From: Octopus vulgaris
Taxonomy: Eukaryota
Direction: 5' to 3'
NCBI GenBank assembly: GCA_951406725.2
Contig: OX597819.1
Coordinates: 31,186,001 to 31,250,000 of the forward strand
Length of the DNA stretch: 64,000 nt
Both the position numbers and the translations under genes were made by a program. The notes under the pieces are model-generated. The model saw only the letters and a list, made by a program, of their open reading frames with translations, was not told the origin of the DNA and did no database searches. Positions 61,928-64,000 of the stretch are shown one piece after another (positions within the stretch are counted from its first letter, which is position 1; every line of letters begins with the position of its first letter).

Positions 61928-62623
61928 TGCTGCTACCTCCATACATTAAAGAGTTACACTAAACTTTTAGCAGATGCCAAAAGAAAAACAAAAACAACAA
62001 CAAAAATGTTTTGCTCTTCTTCATAATACATTCCAATTTACTTAAAGCTAGGAAAATAAAATAAAATAAACATAGTAGCTTGATTAATTAGCAATCAATC
62101 ATTATTATTATTATTTTTTCTTTCGTTGTTCCTAAATAACAAATCTTCTTGCTCTTACACTCATATAAAAGATAATTCTTTTGTAGTTGACAAAAATTTA
62201 CTTTCTCCTATCCTAGCTTTCTCTCTCCTACCTCGTTTTTGTTTGTTTCTTTTCGTTCTTAGTTTTGTTGTTTTTTTCTTTTGTGTCCCATGTTGAACAT
62301 CAAATAAGGAAAAAAATCTATTATTTTCCACTGATTTATTATAATTAAATATCACAGATCAGTTGGTGCACTTGCATTAGTCTGCAAGAAATTACATTCC
62401 CAGTGCAAATAACCTACATTTATATGATCTTGCTATATATTTATTGGTTGTCTAGAGATCCAGTATTCTTTTTTATCTAAAAAAAAAAATTTAGTAAAAT
62501 ATATAATGAATAAAAAAATCGATCTTTTTTTTTATAAACATTGATTTTAGAGTGACACTGAATATTGACATGCAATAGGAAACTAACATGAAGAGAATCA
62601 ACTGATAACTTGACATTCTGACA

Positions 62624-62758
62624 CTAAAACAGATATGAGGGTTCTTCATCATCGTCATCATCATCATCATCATTGTCATCATCACCTTCTTGAACACCTG
62701 CATCTTTTTTGTATTTTTTTCTTTTCAGGCTCTTTCTGTTAATATTTTGAGCCTTCAT
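62624..62758 (-). CDS. Probable terminal coding exon of an upstream gene, or a 44-aa small ORF: MKAQNINRKSLKRKKYKKDAGVQEGDDDNDDDDDDDDEEPSYLF*
   Basis: Open frame with a basic cluster followed by a mixed-codon acidic tract and TAG. Possible acceptor TTATTTATTCCCATGAAG|GCT at 62753/62752. Minus-strand AATAAA at 62440-62445 and 62335-62340. Confidence 0.55.
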   Translation of the reverse strand: MKAQNINRKSLKRKKYKKDAGVQEGDDDNDDDDDDDDEEPSYLF

Positions 62759-62798
62759 GGGAATAAATAATCACTAATACTTTTAAGTAACTAATTAA

Positions 62799-63006
62799 CT
62801 CTTTAGCTTTTAATCCAGCCATATCCAGCAAAAATATTCACCCTGACTGACCAGATCCAGACTCTCACACCTATCCTGCAATGCCATATTAAAAATAAGA
62901 AATCACATCATAGAAACCTTGAAGCTACAAGATAACATGCAATTAATTCAAAACAAAGTGACACTATAAGCATTACATTTGTCAGAGTAATTTAAATGCT
63001 TAATGG
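62799..63006. mobile_element. piggyBac-like MITE, family 2
   Basis: Body shared with 31644; TTAA on the left flank. Confidence 0.65.
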
Positions 63007-63010
63007 CTAA

Positions 63011-63343
63011 CATAGTGCTAGTGCATGCATATACAGCTGAGTGCTCACATATACGTGAATACTGTCCAAATCTCCGACCAATCACATACAGCTAGCTGGC
63101 ATTCAATTGGCGTATCAAGTTTCGGGCATTTTGATTGGGTTTTGGATACAAAATTCACAAAAAAGTCACTTCTATTGATTTTTTTAATGGTTTTGCAGGG
63201 TGACTGGGGAAATGTAAAGATGTGCATGACCACCCTTGGACGGTTTTGAATGACCATAGAAAGTGCAAGCTCTCTAACTGAAAAGTTGTGGATTTGTATA
63301 AAGGAAACACACGCAAACATTTTGCCATTTATATATAGAGAGA
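63011..63343 (-). mobile_element. Second Helitron-like copy, truncated within the terminal hairpin
   Basis: Reverse complement starts TCTCTCTATATATAAA and aligns with 17530-17715; it ends CTAGCACTATG. Confidence 0.65.
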
Positions 63344-63420
63344 TGTTCTTTAAGACAGAAGCAACTGGCTGAAGGTGATGCATTTTTTTTTCTTCTTCAT
63401 CAAGACACTTAATTCTGCAT

Positions 63421-63648
63421 CAATAGACCCAAACTTTTTTTGCACCACAAGCCAGGAGACCACATGCATAACAGAAGAAGCACAATAAAGTGCATAATAT
63501 ATTATTTAATTATCACATATATAATACCTATGTAATGCAAAAAGACCCTGCAGATTATGATAGTCAATAAAATAGAAATAAAATTTTAAATTTGATTCTT
63601 TCTGTGCAGCCTGGTTCTGGTCCATGACATAGTAGTTGGGGACCCCTG
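63421..63648. mobile_element. Decayed hAT-like MITE
   Basis: Ends CAATAGACCCAAACTTTT and GTTGGGGACCCCTG. Flanking 8-mers TTCTGCAT and TTCTACAT (7/8 match) fit an 8-bp TSD. Confidence 0.55.
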
Positions 63649-63867
63649 TTCTACATTATTAATTAGGAAGCATTGATGCAGGCATGGCCGAGTGATTAAT
63701 AAGTTTTCTTTGCAATTACAAGATCCTGGGTTTGATCCCACTCCTTGTGACCTTCAGCTGTAGCTGCTAGTCCACCCAACTCTTGCAAGTGAAACTGAAG
63801 AGGGTTGATTGTATCTTATCATACCCTGATTCAGCCTGAGAATTATATTAAGGGTATATGAGTCCCT

Positions 63868-64000
63868 AGGCGGCGAGCTGGCAGAAACGTTAGCACGCTG
63901 GGTGAAATGCTTAGCAGTATTTCATCTGCCGCTATGTTCTGAGTTCAAATTCCGCCGAGGTCAACTTTGCCTTTCATCCTTTCGGGATCGATTAAATAAG
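63868..64000 (+). mobile_element. SINE family A, truncated by the window edge
   Basis: GGCGGCGAGCTGGCAGAAACGTTAGCACG head. Confidence 0.85.

Noticed and set aside
63345-63415. Possible extra exon of the upstream gene (IKCLDEEEKKMHHLQPVASVLKN)
   Set aside because: No convincing donor, sandwiched between two transposon remnants, and no recognisable homology.

Overview
Eukaryotic, AT-rich, repeat-dense genomic DNA. The SINE families match those I recall from Octopus (coleoid cephalopod) genomes, so the taxon is an inference. Almost the whole window is one minus-strand gene, an SMG6/EST1A (nonsense-mediated decay endonuclease) orthologue. I reconstructed 15 phase-consistent coding exons by hand, from an ATG at 61927 down to 181 (3855 nt, 1285 codons). 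They cover the N-terminal EJC-binding motifs and the 14-3-3-like/TPR and helical domains; the PIN nuclease exons must lie beyond the left edge. One intron needs a GC donor. A basic-plus-acidic coding stretch about 0.7 kb upstream of the SMG6 start may be the last exon of a neighbouring gene. The introns hold several tRNA-derived SINE families, RTE and CR1 LINE 3' ends, a decayed Ty3/gypsy element, MITEs (Merlin-like, piggyBac-like, hAT-like, Tc1/mariner) and Helitron-like elements. The most striking object is at 33696-34229. It is a head-to-head inverted duplication of a unit made of a tRNA-like Pol III head, an (AAT)n linker and a minimal Penelope-type hammerhead ribozyme, with a one-sided tail and a 14-bp target-site duplication. 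This makes it a candidate tRNA-promoted, hammerhead-carrying SINE mobilised by Penelope-like elements. Two more decayed hammerhead-like folds lie at 4071-4121 and 49611-49701. All coordinates were read by eye and no searches were run.
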